From contig OZ038379.1 of assembly GCA_964036045.1 (NCBI GenBank), positions 7,502,001-7,566,000 of the forward strand: 64,000 nt of DNA, written 5' to 3'. Positions 35,976 to 49,623 of this stretch are shown piece after piece. The stretch is from Eutreptiella sp. 'Long Island Sound 2002' (lineage: Eukaryota; Protista; Euglenida). Positions within the stretch are counted from its first letter, which is position 1. Each line of letters begins with the position of its first letter. A program made the position numbers and the translations under genes. Under the pieces are notes generated by a model. The model was given only the letters and a program-made list of their open reading frames with translations. It made no database searches and was not told the DNA's origin.

Positions 35976-36791
35976 AGGGGCAAGGGCAGGGACAAGAGCA
36001 GGAGCATGTGTAGGAACAGGGACAGGGGGGACGCCAGGACAGTGCTAGGCAGATATTGCGGGGAGGACAGTCAACCTGGTAGCGGCAGGTGCCGTGGTGG
36101 CAATGGCAGATGCCGGGGGACCATCTGTTCAAGAGGAAACCCCAGCATCTGTTCCAGACGCTCCTTCCACTGGGTGCTGTCGGTCATGGGGAGTAGGCGG
36201 CGCTTTTTTGGCGCAGGGTCATCGCCACTGCGCCCCGCCATGACAACCTACAAACACAAAACAAAGCCAAGGCTCGTACTAACGTGACAGCACCAGAGAA
36301 CACATTCCCCTCCCCTGCATACTACACTCTCTACCCCCCCCCCCAACTTGCAGGTCAGATACTCCACACCTAATTCCCCAGCCCCGGACGTGCCAAAACT
36401 CAACGTCTTGTTGGGTCCTGAATGACCTTGATGAGAACATAGGGAACATGATTGTTGGTGTGCACACGCTTCATGGTCACAAAGATGGCACAAAACAAGC
36501 CTTACAATGGGAAGATACCCCAACAAGCCTTCAACGTGCACTATTGCAATCTCTAGGATTTTCCAAGCATCTGTTCAATTGTGCAAATCATCTGCCCCAG
36601 TTCCCCCCAACTTAGTCCCCCCCCCGGCTTTTCCCCGACCCCATTTTTCTTCTGAACCTTTCCCCATGACACCCTCCGCTTGCCCCATCATCCCATGACA
36701 TTGCTTATTTTTTTGCCATTTCAGGGGTGGTTTCCTACCATTTTTCAAACGGTGGGTTCTACCTCATTTCCCTGGTTTTCCCTCATTTCCC

Positions 36792-37250
36792 AAATTCTAT
36801 TGCCTTCGGCAGTGCACCTCAAAGAGAGGCTGACAGTCAGCCAATCAGTCAGTTAGTCAGGCAAGCAGTCGGTCTGGCAAGCAGGCAGGCAGACAGGCTG
36901 TCGACCACCAACAATCACATCAGCAGTTTGATTCCCGGCCAGTCGACCGCCGGCGGCGGCGGCCAACCTTTAATGCACCTGACCCTTGTTCAAATCCCTC
37001 CGAGCACAAACTTTTGAACCCCCCCCACCCCCCAAAAAAGTGATATCCATTTTCAGGGGATAGAGGCCTCAGAATAAAAAAATCCATTGGGGGATCATTT
37101 TACTGGGCAAAATAATGATCTTACAAGGGGTTGGACATCCCATGTCATGCCTTGGGGTATGCTACACGAACGACCCCCAAAAAGAGGGGGGGGGGGGTAT
37201 ACGACGCACGCGCCCGTGCTTGATCTAACAACCTCTCTTCGAGGTGATTT
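36792..37250 (-). mobile_element. Helentron/DINE-like element, copy 4
   Basis: Same two ends (subTIR at 37229-37246) with a shorter, different central segment. Confidence 0.65.
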
Positions 37251-37549
37251 CTGGAAGGTTTCCCCGTAAAATTCCGAAAGCAGGAAGTTCTGGGCCTTGC
37301 AATAGCAAACAAGAGGCCAAAAGAAAAAAACGGCAATCATGGGCCATTGGACGAGAATTCCAGTCCCACCCACAGTCTTATACTTCAGTCAACAAGCAGA
37401 CCACATGTACAAGACAGCCGCCACCCAGTCTTCATGAAACACCCTTGGGGATTGGGGGCATTTGTGGGCACACAGCACCCATCATTGGGTGACGCAGGAT
37501 CAATCTCGAAACCATCACACCAGAACTCAGCATGCAAAAACAAAAAAAT

Positions 37550-37740
37550 GGAGTCAGAAATCACATAGTCCATGCAGAATCCATGTGCAATTTGGCCTCC
37601 ATACCGAGTCAATTCACCGCCACCCCCAGCTTTCGACCTTTTCACCATATTCACGGCGTCGGATAGTGTACCTCCCCCCACCCCATTGCACAATGACAAG
37701 CAATATTTCACAACTTGAGCAAAAAGTGGTCGTTAGACGG
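37550..37740 (-). pseudogene. Possible kinase subdomain V-VIa fragment
   Basis: With a 1-nt shift in a G run it reads LLVIVQWGGGGTLSDAV..YGGQIAHG, resembling L.IVMEY..GG.L..QI..GL. Confidence 0.4.
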
Positions 37741-39994
37741 TGCTTAAAGGTAAAAACGAAAAGCGCCGCTTGACCAGGGGCTGGCCAATTCCCTATTTCA
37801 TTCTGAACCTTTTGAATGTACTATATGAATACGTGGGGGGTAAAATCCTATTCGGCGTTCACCTTGAGTGAAAATAAAATAGGGCATTGAGACTCCTGCA
37901 TCCGCCCCATTTGCAGAAGCCGGCTTGCAGGCCAATCAATGGAATATGCACTACCAGCTCTTTACACCAGAGGGCACCTTGGAGGGTGCCATGCCGGGGG
38001 CCAAAACCAATGTGCCACAGCCGCCCTCCTCCGAATGAATCCTGTCATGATGCTCTTGGTGGACAGCCACAGTCAGTTTCCTGGAAGGTGCCATCAGCAC
38101 GCTTGGTCTGCCGGCACATGCCGAACCGATGTGAAAATGTGCCAGGAGTGCAACCAGGCGGTCCTACCAGCTTCCCCTTATGCCCTTGTGGACTGACCCT
38201 TGCAGATTCAACGATTTGTCACTTCCTAACAGCGGTGTCCAGTCCCGCAAATGGCGAGACATCAATAGTGTTGTGGTTGTATCTGGGCCCTCACCAAAAC
38301 AATATTTGCATGGGCCATCTGCAACCCTCTACAGAAGCGAAGATTCAGAGGGCTCCAAGTCAGAGTCTCATGCAGAGGGTCCGGCGGTAGGCCGGATGGG
38401 TCGGCGGGTTGGGGGAACAATCAGTGTGTGACTCGCACCCATCTCATATGCATCGAATGAGCACAAACAGAGGAAAACCCCATGACCCATGGGGATTGGG
38501 GTTGAAGTTTTTCGGGGAGGGTCAAGTCAAGGGGCTGGTGCAAATTTGGTATGCACGCATCCTTTGGTGCACCTCAGGTGGCAATTACACTCTAAGAACA
38601 TCACTCTAAGAAGAATTGGAGGTTCACACGATTAGCCTTTCTTTCAACCGTCCGTCAACTGCTCGTTGCCACGAGCTGCTACAGGAGCTTTGTGCATTTA
38701 CATGATGAGATGGTGGTGCTGGGGGGGGCGGGGGGATATAAATGGTATAATAATCAATACATAATAATAACAAATACATATATCTCTCGGGGACGGTCAT
38801 AAAGTTCCAACTCGGAGCAAAATGTGGCTTCTTTTATCCGTTTGTAAATTTCCCTTCATGGTGTGGAAGTAAGAACACCCCGCCCCTGTTTCGAGGGGGG
38901 ACCTCAAAAAAACATGTTTTGGAAGGTATTTAGATGGGTAGAGGTGGATTTTGGGGTCTAGTAAGGGGTTGGAAGGGCTAAAAATAGGGCATGACATCAT
39001 CCTACGCAGATTGCGAAATATAGGCAACTTAGGGACAAAACTAGTGATGTGAGCCATTCTTCACCCCTAGCGGCCGTGAAAGATGAAGATGAGCAAAAGG
39101 AAGGGGTATGTTTATTGTGAGATCAACCAGAATGCACAACTAGGGGTTGGAGGGGTCAGGGTCCTTCATGGTCATGATTGGATGCAGACTGGTACTGTTC
39201 AGGGTTATGGCACAGTATGCACCCAAAGCGCCGAGCTTGGGATTTCAACTTTATCCAGGTGGGTGCTCACGCCATTGTTGGCCCGAAGCAGGGTAACAGG
39301 GATCGAAGCGACAGAACGGTGCCACAAGTTGTGCAATGGCGCCCTATTTTATATCTAGGGTCACAGCAGCGGCCACCATTAGCAACAACAAGTATGCAGC
39401 AAGCGCACGGAAAATAGGAACAACCGAGACTCAGCGCCATTCCACATTGAATTTGCTCGATGACACCTGGAACTTTTGAAGCAGGGACTCCCACAAATCC
39501 ACAACTTGAGTCCAAAATTGCCACAGGCCTCATCAGCGTCATTTTGTGGGTGGGGCAGCGAGGAGCCGGGGAGAAAACCATCAATGGGTCACAATAACAA
39601 AAATCGACCATCACCAGTTCCTGGGGAGGGGCGGATGGGGGGGCTGTGCATCTGTGTACAGCCCATTGGTCAACCAACAGCCGGCAGCCAAGGGGCCCTT
39701 TAGGGAGGCGGACGCAGAGGGGGGCGGGGGGGGGGGGGGCAAATCATACTGAGACACAAATAGCGCTCTCGCATACCATACCATACCATACCTTTGCAGG
39801 GGCTGAGTGTTCACAGAAGGTACATGCCAGCCTGCACAACGAGCATCATACAGGCAGGCACTGCCAAGCACCGTGCTCACTCAGTCATGCGTATCCTACC
39901 CCCTAGCCACCCTGGATTCACATCTGGGGAAACCCTTTTGTGTGTGTGTGGGCGGGGGAAGGGGGGGGGCTTGACACAGACAGGAGTCCGGTGA

Positions 39995-40380
39995 TCACAA
40001 CACTTCAGAAACCACGCACTTAGGATGGACAGTGGAGTGCAAATCCTTCATCGTAGACACAGGAGAGGCAGGGCCCCCAGGTCCCAGACAGGCCTCGCAC
40101 AAGGCATAGGATGCGTGGGCCAGGCATCGCTCACAGGTGCCCCCCTGATGCCCCCTGGAGGGGACGGTGGGTGCCGCATAGGGGTTGAGGTGCGCGATTT
40201 CCGTCACCCGCTGAGCCTTGGCAGCAGGAGTCTGATCCTTGCCCTTGCCCCAGAGGTCCTCCAATCGACGTGGCGCAGGTGCAGCCCGAAGTACAACATC
40301 GTAGTGCCCACGAGGAACGATATGCACTTGCTCGTGGTGCTCCAGCCCCAGTGCTCTATGCAGGTACGCTTTGACCAGGC
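39995..40380 (-). CDS. P-loop kinase exon 2 (terminal)
   Basis: Acceptor CTCTCCTTAG|GC. 386 nt complete the phase-1 junction (WEQ-G-LVKAYLHRALG..HYDVVLR..CERCLAHASYALCEAC..VL*). Confidence 0.7.
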
Positions 40381-42371
40381 CTAAGGAGAGAATGAATTTG
40401 CACATCAAAAGGCAGAGCAAGGGCAGGGCAGGGATCACGTTTGGGGAGGGAGGCGCATCGTTAACTTACGGAAATGCTGCCAGAGGGAACGAAGCCCCCC
40501 CCACCCCCCACGGGATTAAGGATCACCGTATTTGGACGCGGCCGTTCTTGTGCACGACCAGGGGTATGACAACACAGGGGCCTGAAACGTGCAGAATAAT
40601 TGACCTCTGGACACACCGAATGCATCAGACTGAAGATCAAGACTTCCCGATGCACCAGCGGAGCCTGAAACGTGCAGAGTTTGTGCTCTAGACCTCTTTC
40701 CCTCCACAATCCAGACACAACGAGGTCACGTTACATTCTTGACCGCAAAGACTGACGCAAGATAAACAACGGTACAACGGGGGTCAGGCCGTTCCTGCGC
40801 AAGGGGGGGGGGGGGGGCACCTTCTCAGCAGTTGATACAACGAAGGGAGGGAAGATAAAGGGACATCATGTTCAGAAATAGAGTAAAGCAATTGGGGACA
40901 GAGATCAGGGGCTGGAGGGAGGGCTGGGGAATGGGGTACACGGTGGAAGTAAACACAGTGCTGGACTGCAAGTTGGACAGCTACATGTCCACCTTTACAA
41001 GATCTTCAGATGGCGACAGTGACAGTCCGTCCCAGTCCCGGCGCCACTGATGGTGATGAGGACAACGTGCACAGGCGTTGAACCGAGCCAAGATGCACGA
41101 CACCCTGACTTGTGTACCACCCTTTACATGGGTTAGGTCGTCATCTGTTTACAAACGGAGCAATGCCCCCAGCAACCACCCACCTAGGGGGCATTTGAGG
41201 ACAGCACGCATGCAGTGCCAGTTATTCTGGGTGACTTTACCAGAGTGTCCTGGTACTCATGGAGCTGGGTGAGGATGCCTACGAGCTCCATGTTCAGACA
41301 CACCGCTGTGCACAGTCCAAGAGCACACGAGCAGAACTACAATAGCCTTCAGTATTCGAATGAGAAAAAGGAATGTTCACTGGGGTACACTATCATCGGG
41401 AGGGGAAATAGCCTTAACAAGTGTCATGGAAAGCAGAAACTCCATATAGATACAGTTGTAGCATGGCCAATGGACTGCAAGCTGGTGTGAGTGTGCTGTA
41501 CATGCATCTCCCCATAGAGGGGCCATCCGTGCATGGGGGAGGGGTAGGAACGGTGATGCCACTTTTTTGGGTACTGCAAGATTGGCATTACCATGGGCGA
41601 CTTGCATGGTGCCCCGAGTGTATGGTGATGTGACCACATTCGGCGGGGGTTTGGCACATGGGCATCGGAATGAAGGATCCAAATGCACCATCGGTGCACC
41701 AAAGACGTTGTTTGGTCCATTCCAGGCTATTGCTGGGGGGGCGGGGGTCAGAGTCCAAAAACAAGTTTGTGTGCCTAAAACTGGCCTCCAGGTTCAAGCC
41801 CCTTTAGTAAGTTTCATCATCTTCTTCCCTAAGGTCAATTTTTCTGATGTTGGGGGGGGGTTGGCTGGCGTTGGCTAGGGCCCCAAATGACTCCCCCCCC
41901 CTGGGGGCCATAAGCAATGGCACTCCAATTGCAAAGAACACAAGCAGCTGCAGGGGCAAGGAAGGGAAAGAGGTTGTGGTGGACGGAACATGGCCAACTG
42001 TGTGAATTGTTGCATTTGGGCGGCTCCATTGCATCCTCATGGGCGGCAGCATTTCGGCACATAGTGCGGATTTGCACTCTTGTTGGGGAATCACCCGGAC
42101 ACGCAATGCACACGACAACTTTGCTGCCGCATTGCCCAACCGATTGGCCCGAGAGGGCAGGGTTGCGGCTGGGCTAAATACCCAAAAGCCTAGATGGGGA
42201 GGGGGGGCATCAAGGGTTGCTATTCATTGGTGACAACATCTCCTCCAAACCCCCAGCCTGCAAGCAGACTGTGACCCATACAGGGACACCTCAGGGGTCT
42301 TGTCCTAGAGCCCACATGGGCATCTGCCAAGGGGACAGGTCTGGCTGGTAGGGAGGGGGGAGGGGGGGTAC

Positions 42372-43191
42372 CTTGCTCCCACGCCACATCCGCAGCCCGT
42401 CGGCCCTCCCGCAGAGCCTGCGCAGCTGCACTGTCCAGCACCCCAGAAACGGAGCTCCGGGAAAGCACCTCCAAACCACCCGGGCTCCCCTGCGGGACCC
42501 CTTTGTAGAACGCCCCATACTGCACGTAGGGCAGCCAGACGGAGGAGGCAGGGCAGGCCCCATGCGGGTGCCACCCCGCTTTTGATGGCGGCAGGTCCAC
42601 CCCCTGCCTGTGGGAGCGCACGGCATGAGCCCGTGCTGGGAGTTCCTGCAGAGGGGCATGCACCAGCACTGAAAGCACCCGCCCCCCTTGTTCTGGAACA
42701 TGAGCGGCCGCCAACTGAAGGGCAACGATGTGGTTGGGGTCACTGTGGTCGATGACCACTGGGAACCCCTTTGTACTGAAGCTGCGGGCATGCTGCGCCA
42801 CCACCTGCCGCGCCTCAGCCGTTGATGCCCTTTGAGCAGGGACCGTGCTGTCCCCGATGTACTGGTGGTGCTCGGACAGGAGCTTGGCGCCCGGCGTGGT
42901 CTTCAAAAGGCTGAGAGCAATCGTGCTCTTCCCACAGAGTGCGGTGCCATTGAGGATCACAACAGTATGGTCGGGAAGGGTCTTGGGCGGCGCTTTGCAG
43001 CACTTCTCTTGCAGCACCGTCCGTCCAGCCCACAGCAGCACCGAAGTGAGGACTTGCCCGGCATAGTCATGCATGGCGGCAGAGAGCCACCGGTGATGAC
43101 CGCAAAACAGCAGATGCCCTGATTGGACAGCAATAGCAATGAGCAAGCTGCCGCCACCTCCCGGAGAATCGGAAGGGAGGTGGAAATTCAT
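42372..43191 (-). CDS. P-loop small-molecule kinase (chloramphenicol phosphotransferase/AAA_33-like), exon 1
   Basis: ATG at 43191. Walker A VVILNGTALCGKSTIA, Walker B-like FPVVIDH, lid-like VLVHAPLQELPAR. Donor CAAG|GTACCC at 42371; 820 nt, phase 1. Confidence 0.75.
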
Positions 43192-43235
43192 TCCCCAGCC
43201 CTACCCTCCTTCTGCTGGTCTCTTTTTGTGAAGGA

Positions 43236-43285
43236 CTTTCGAAGGAAAAACACGGAGAAACCAGAAAAGACTCAGGAAACCCGCG
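43236..43285 (-). promoter_or_regulatory. Polypyrimidine tract plus AG upstream of the kinase ATG (candidate trans-splice or 5'UTR acceptor)
   Basis: Minus strand TTTCCTGAGTCTTTTCTGGTTTCTCCGTGTTTTTCCTTCGAAAG, about 45 nt upstream of the ATG at 43191. Confidence 0.4.
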
Positions 43286-46200
43286 GAATCATATGCACAA
43301 ATGCGTGGCTCCAAAACAACGACCATCTTGGAACCACAATCAAAATGAGTGTGGATTGTGGCTAAAAATCCCCTGCCGTCTCAGAATGCCAAGAATTTGT
43401 CCCTACCCCCATGCACATGTGTAGGTTTTGGGCGTGGTATAGACTATGGGTGCACAATCCGCATCGACAGCGCAATAGTTGCACTATGCCTGCACTCCAC
43501 AGAGACCGCACTCAACATGCCCCCTATCATCAATATTTGGCCTGCCCCTCCCGGGCCCTGCACACAGCCCTATTCCACGAATTACATGAAGCCCATGTGG
43601 AGAACCAAGGCACCGTACCCCACCCCCTTCCATCTCCTCCTACCCCAACCAGCAAAACCCCTTCCCAATCTTGCCACATCAACCTGGGAAAGGTGGGAGT
43701 ATGCAAAACAGAGAGATACAGGGAGCCACAGGCCAACATAGGTTGACACACCGTCTGACCACATCAGGGCAACTCAATATGTTTGAGAGGATTAGCGACA
43801 TTGGACTTCAGCTGGTAGTGAATACAGGTGTTGCAAATCACCTTCCAACAACAAACCAATCCGTGTTCCTGAAGAGCTCCTTGTTCACCCTTGGTACCCT
43901 GTACAATCACTCCACTTGCAATCATGCCAAGTGCGATGTTGCAATTGACCCTCTCAGAATCCCTCTAGGAGAATGCACAGTCCATGTGATGGCAGACAGT
44001 GAATACAAGACTGACAGAAATGTTGCGAACGCCTTGTGCTATGGTTCTACTGCTTGCCCCAGGCTAATTTGTGAGCAACAAACTCATGCTTGCAGCCGAC
44101 GAAAAGATTGCATAGCACCTGCCAGCCACTGTCTCTATTTCGCACTCATGGGGTCTGCCAGATCAGGGTTTTGCTTAGCCACCCTAGGGGGGGATCAATG
44201 GTCGGTGCTGATCGACTGAATGTCCCCGCCATAGACACTTTCAGCCATTAGTCCCTAGGGGGGGGGGGGGGGTAATTCAGGGACCCACCCACCCAGAATT
44301 TTGGCATACCCACAGACCGACAAATGTCCCACCCCCCCCAGGGGGGGGGGGTCTGACACCCACCCACCCACCCACCCACCCACGTACCCAACTGAGACAT
44401 GCAATACAGAAGACCAAGTTTTTCACAGAGGTGAACAAGACACAGGAACTGTGGGGTTCTAGCGTTGCCCCCTTCGCATCCAGCACAAATGACAAAGCAT
44501 CCTAGCCCCTTTATGGGCGTGGGGCATGCACACGTGATATGCAATGACATGTAAACACACCATAAATAAACATGTTACACGGAACCTGCAACAGAAGAAA
44601 GAAAGAAGTGGCACTGGCTCGATAGACCCAAGGGCCCCCACAAAGTCCCACCCCACCCTGGGGGGGGGGGGGTTGGACACCCACCCACCCTGAAATTCTG
44701 CCAGACCCACCCACCCACCCCCCCCCCCCCCGGGGTAGGGTAGGACGGACACTAAGCAAAACCCTGTGCCAGATGCACCCAGTCAATCCTTCCACCTTCT
44801 CTTACCCCATCTCACAAAACTAGAATCAGTGGATGGCATTGGACTGTGTGCATCAATATGTGACTCAGTTCAATGGGACTGGTTCACATACTCAGCGTGC
44901 CCTGCCACTGCTTCACCCCTTGGGAGAACTTTAGAAGAATTGCTCGGGAACTTTTCCTAGCTACAAGCATAAATCATGGCGTTCATGGGCTCACAGCAAA
45001 AGATCTTCTGGTTTTGAAGGGGTTGGGTCGGCTACTGGCCTCCCTCTGCTAGCTCTGAATGTGTGTGGAGTGTATTGTGAATCACCGTCTAAGTGTTCAA
45101 CAGGTCCCACTGGTGCTGAGTATTGACTGGAACTCCAGGGTGGGGATACGGGGGGAATCCCTCCCCACCAGAATGCAACCAATTCTCAAGAAACAGTACA
45201 CAATGGCCCAGTCAGCACATTGAGATGTCAGGAGGGACTTCCGGAGGTGGTGGGGGTGAATCGAGACCGGGGATACCAAAGGAGATGGAGTCCATGGGGC
45301 ATCGATACTTGACAACTTGCACACAATCTTGATGATGCTCCAACTCCACATATCCTTCGTGAGAATGGCCTACCACCTTTGCACGAACTCAAATCCCACT
45401 TGGTGTAGAACCCCTTGCAGGACAAAGATGATTTTCATTTGGTTGCTAGCAAAATGACATCCCCGGTGATGAGGGTGATGGCAGCTCTCTTCAAGGGGGG
45501 AAATGTAGTGCGCTCAATGCGCGCGCGATGCAAGGACACCCCACCTTGACCCCAATGGTCAACTCCATAACAAGTAGCAAAAGAGGTTTGAGGACCCAAG
45601 GGGTTTGCCAACAAGGGGATGTGCATGGCCACAACGGCAGCATGCACCTGTGCACCACCACCTAACAATGGAATCAACTCAGTCCAGCATTGCAAGAGCG
45701 ACCAAGACTCCTCGATACCCGGCTTCGCCTTTCCCTTCGCACCCAGAAATCAACCCATAAAGGTGAACATGTGGGGAAATGAGCAAAAAATGTGTAAAAA
45801 AAAAATGAAAATGGGTGAAATTTGGTGAAACCCCAAATATGTCATATCCCCGATGCGGAAGAAGCATAAAATCTTGTCATCAAACAACAATGGTGCCCCG
45901 AGTATGACAAAGTATGGTTTTCTAGTTTGGCCAAAAAGCCAAATAGTTGCACTGCGCGTACACTGCACTGAGGGCGCCCCCGAGATGTCCACTGCGTACT
46001 TTGGGTCCAACTGCTGCCGGCACAAAACACAAAAAATTCATCAAAACAAGTTCAACACTACACTAAAGGTCCATGCCTCAGTCAGAGAGCGGTCTCATGG
46101 CACACTCTCAGACTCAACCATCCTCCAAGTAAGAGAATCTGCCTCAGACACTCCCTGGCAACTGTAAAACAAATGCAATCCAATCACATTCTACTGGATG

Positions 46201-49200
46201 TGCCAATGACAAGGAGACGGTATTTCCTGCTTGCTTTCTGCGAACATATGGGTGCCTTTGGTACAATTCCCTTGCATGATAGAGCCACCGACTAAGTGGA
46301 GGCTTATGACAGGGGACTCACTGGTAAAGGACAACCCCCCTTGAATGGTCCCAATGCAACTGGTTGGAACAAGTTACGTGCTTCTGGTTCTTTCTCAGCG
46401 CTGATCATGGAAACCTCTGTTGTCTACCTCGGCCCTTGAAAGATTGTCAGAGCATTACTAAAGACACACACGAAGGAATACATATAATAGAGTGTTGACG
46501 GTTCGGTGTTTGGGGTGGTCGTTCTACCCTTCCACCCTTCAGTGGCTGGTTTGCTGTTGGAGTGACACCGCCACTTGGGCTAATACACAAGAATAGTGCA
46601 CAAGAAGAAGACAGCAGTACACCACAGACTACTACTACAGCAGTAGAAGACACACAGAACAAACACATGTGCCAGAGCTCCACGGACGCCTAGGGGTACG
46701 ACGGCGCCAAGCGCCACTCCCAAATCAAAGAGTACAACCAGAATCGTCGATCGGTCAGCTCAGAAAACAATCACAGGCACCAGTGATTGACAACCACAGG
46801 CAGGGCCAGCGCCAACTTTGGGCAAAGGTGGAGGCGGGGGGGGTCTTCCATACAGGCTGGTTGGGTCCCATGTAGGACAGCCAGTGTCCAGTCCTGTGTG
46901 TGAACTGCTTGTGTGTCGAGGTCAGTTCGGGGGCCGAGGGGGGGGTGGGGGGGCTACTGCCCCTGTGGCGCTGGCAGAGGCCTCACATTGGGCCATTCCC
47001 AGACGGTGAAATTTGGCTGATCAACCGCCAGCCCAACAGACATTTGTCCGGTGGTGCCCGGTATCCCTCTGGGCGGGTCATTTTCGGGGCAGAGTGCTGA
47101 TCTGCGCCCCCTTTTGGGCGGTGTTTCCCACCGCACTTTGTTGCATCTTGTTGGGGCCCTCAACGTGGCTGACTAAGGTTGCATTTACTGGGAGAACCCA
47201 TGGGCCGTGGGCCGGCTTCGCGACCATGTACCCGTCGCCACAAGCCATGCCAACTCGGCAACCAGCCAGGTGGCCCACACCGTGATCAAGCACTCGCACC
47301 GCAATCAGGCCTTTGCTTTGTGGGGGCGGGAGCTGGGGGTGACCCCCTGCACTGGTGAGGGGATCTCAGTAGGATCCAGCCCCACACGCCAGTCAGCTCA
47401 GTAGGAAGGAGTCCCGCCCTATGGGCAACTGAGTAGGACCCAGCGCCATCCGCAAAGCTCCTCACTATGAACCCGCCCTGACCCCCACCCCCACTAAGCA
47501 AAGCCCTGACCGCAATGCATCCGCTGTTGGATTGCAACACAGGGCCAGGGAGGGGGGCTGGGGGGTTCCAGCACGAACTGTGCGAATCCTCAATGGTTCA
47601 GTGGCGCTCCGGTCTGGCACTGCTCCCATTGGGTCCCTCCCACCGACCAAAGGTAAGACAACGGTGCAAAAGCCGTGACGGCGCAATCCAGTCACAGCGG
47701 TTGGGCAAAAAGTACATGTTTCGGCGTTACTGGCGATGTCGCTGTCTGCGTCCGCTGCTTTTGGGGTCCATGGACAAGACAGCGGATGCGCATGGGGTGT
47801 CTCCTCAGCGTACAGAGCCCTCAGGAAGGACCGTGCTGCGTGTAGTGCCGCCAGCAGGAGGCTTGATGGTGAACCCAAACATTTTCTGTTCACACAAATC
47901 GCACACCGTTCTCCAATCCCCGCAGCCCCGCTTGGCGCCACTGCCCCAGCCACCAGCAGCGCCACGTTGGGGAAATGTGCCAGCAGCAGCAAAAAGAAAA
48001 TGCCCATCTACTCACCCACTTCCACAACATCATCGCCGCGAGAGACCGCGGCCGTCATGGGCTCTATTGCAGCGTCAGGAAACCCCGACTGCCCCACGGC
48101 ACGTCGCACTGGCCCACCGAGAATCGCTTGTCGCGCGCGCATGCGTGCCGTTGCACACCGCCGTGGAGTGCTGCTGGTCCCGCGAACGATGGCCTGCAGG
48201 ACTCTGCACCGTGCAAAGGCTCTGGGAAGGGAGGGGGGCCTCAGGCACACTGTTGCGCATGGGGTCCGTGGGGGGTGAGGTCGTCAGGCATACAGTTGGG
48301 GCAACTTGACAGTCGCAGCGCAGCAACTGCCACACTAACGTATGGACTGCCCCCAGTGCGCCCTGGTGGTCCAGTCTGGCCCCCTGTGGCGGTCACCAAC
48401 ACAGCGAACAGGCCGCAGGGTCGGCTTCAGCCCTGTCCGCAAGGGGCCCTCCAGTGGCGGGAGCCACCCACGTCAGTCCTCGCAGGGATGGAGTGAGTGA
48501 GCGTAGGAATGAGCGGAGATTTGGGGGGGGGGGGGGGAGCCATACCGGCATGCACTTGATCTGGTGTGACACCGCCGGCAAACACGACGGTCCCAACCGA
48601 CAGCGCATTGCGTGCGATGGCAGACCGCGGCGCGAGCCGGGCCGTTCCCACGCGCCAATCCGTCGGGTCCTGTGGTCCCTCGGTACTCGGATGGCACCCC
48701 GGACCCAACGCGACCTGCGCGCACGCGCGCAGCGCTGCGAGGAGGGGTGGGCCAGCCAGGCTGAGACCGCAGAACCGCAGGGCTTGGGAGGGGGCGGGGT
48801 CCTGGCTGCACACCCTCCCTCTTGGGTGCACAGCCCGAGTGGCTGAAGAAGAAAATGCGCCCAGTGTGCGGCAGTGGGGGTGTCGACAGAGCTGGGGGCC
48901 AGAGGCAGCTACGGGGGAAGGAGGGACGGGGGACAGGGGAGGAGAGGGAGGGCGTGGGAACGGTTGGATACGGAACTACGGACAGTGGGTCAGACAAAGA
49001 ACGTCACATTGGGACAGGGGGGTTAGACGGGAAGGGAAGGGGGATTAAACCATCAGGGGGATGTGGGGGGGGGGGGGGGGGGGCATGAGGATAACGGTGT
49101 GGTATGGAGGGATATGAAAGGGGGGGCCGGGTTGGCACCAGGCCTCGGTATGGAGGGGGGGGGGGGGGTGAAGACCCAGAGGGTGTGTGCCCCCCCCCCC

Positions 49201-49348
49201 CCACAAAAAAATTGCCAATAATGGCCCTGATAATCCAACTTGACTCGGGCCATCCCGCCCCTTCAAGTCTTGGTCGGTGGGGCCAGGTGGAGTACCATTG
49301 CCCATGACATCCCGCAGGGATCCCATCCGAAGGGGGGGCGTGCCGAAT

Positions 49349-49623
49349 CTAGTTCTTCACGCTGTCCTCCAGGATGGAATGTGTGCCAGACTCCACCAGG
49401 GCCAGCAGCTTGTCCAGCCCAATCTTCTTCCAGAAGCGCTGTGCAGCATTGTCCACGGGGGCCCAGCCCGGAGGCGTGTGCTCGACATAGTGCATCTGCT
49501 CCGGACTGGCGCCGTACGGGTACAGCCCTGCAATGCGGGCCCGCTCATGCATCTGGTCCATTTCCGCGTCGGTCATCAGCGGCTTGCGGGATAGGAAATT
49601 GATGCCTTCGAATACTCGTACGC
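49349..49623 (-). CDS. Lipocalin-fold protein, terminal exon
   Basis: Acceptor CTGTCACAG|GC. 275 nt complete the phase-1 junction; GVRVFEGINFLSRKP resembles SCR3 (hhSRxP); stop TAG. Confidence 0.85.

Noticed and set aside
43671-44219. 182-aa ORF with a VMADSEY RNase H-like word
   Set aside because: The other RNase H catalytic motifs are absent.
47465-48997. Several 130-264 aa ORFs on both strands
   Set aside because: GC-rich DNA with no motif or splice logic; ORFs of this length are expected by chance.
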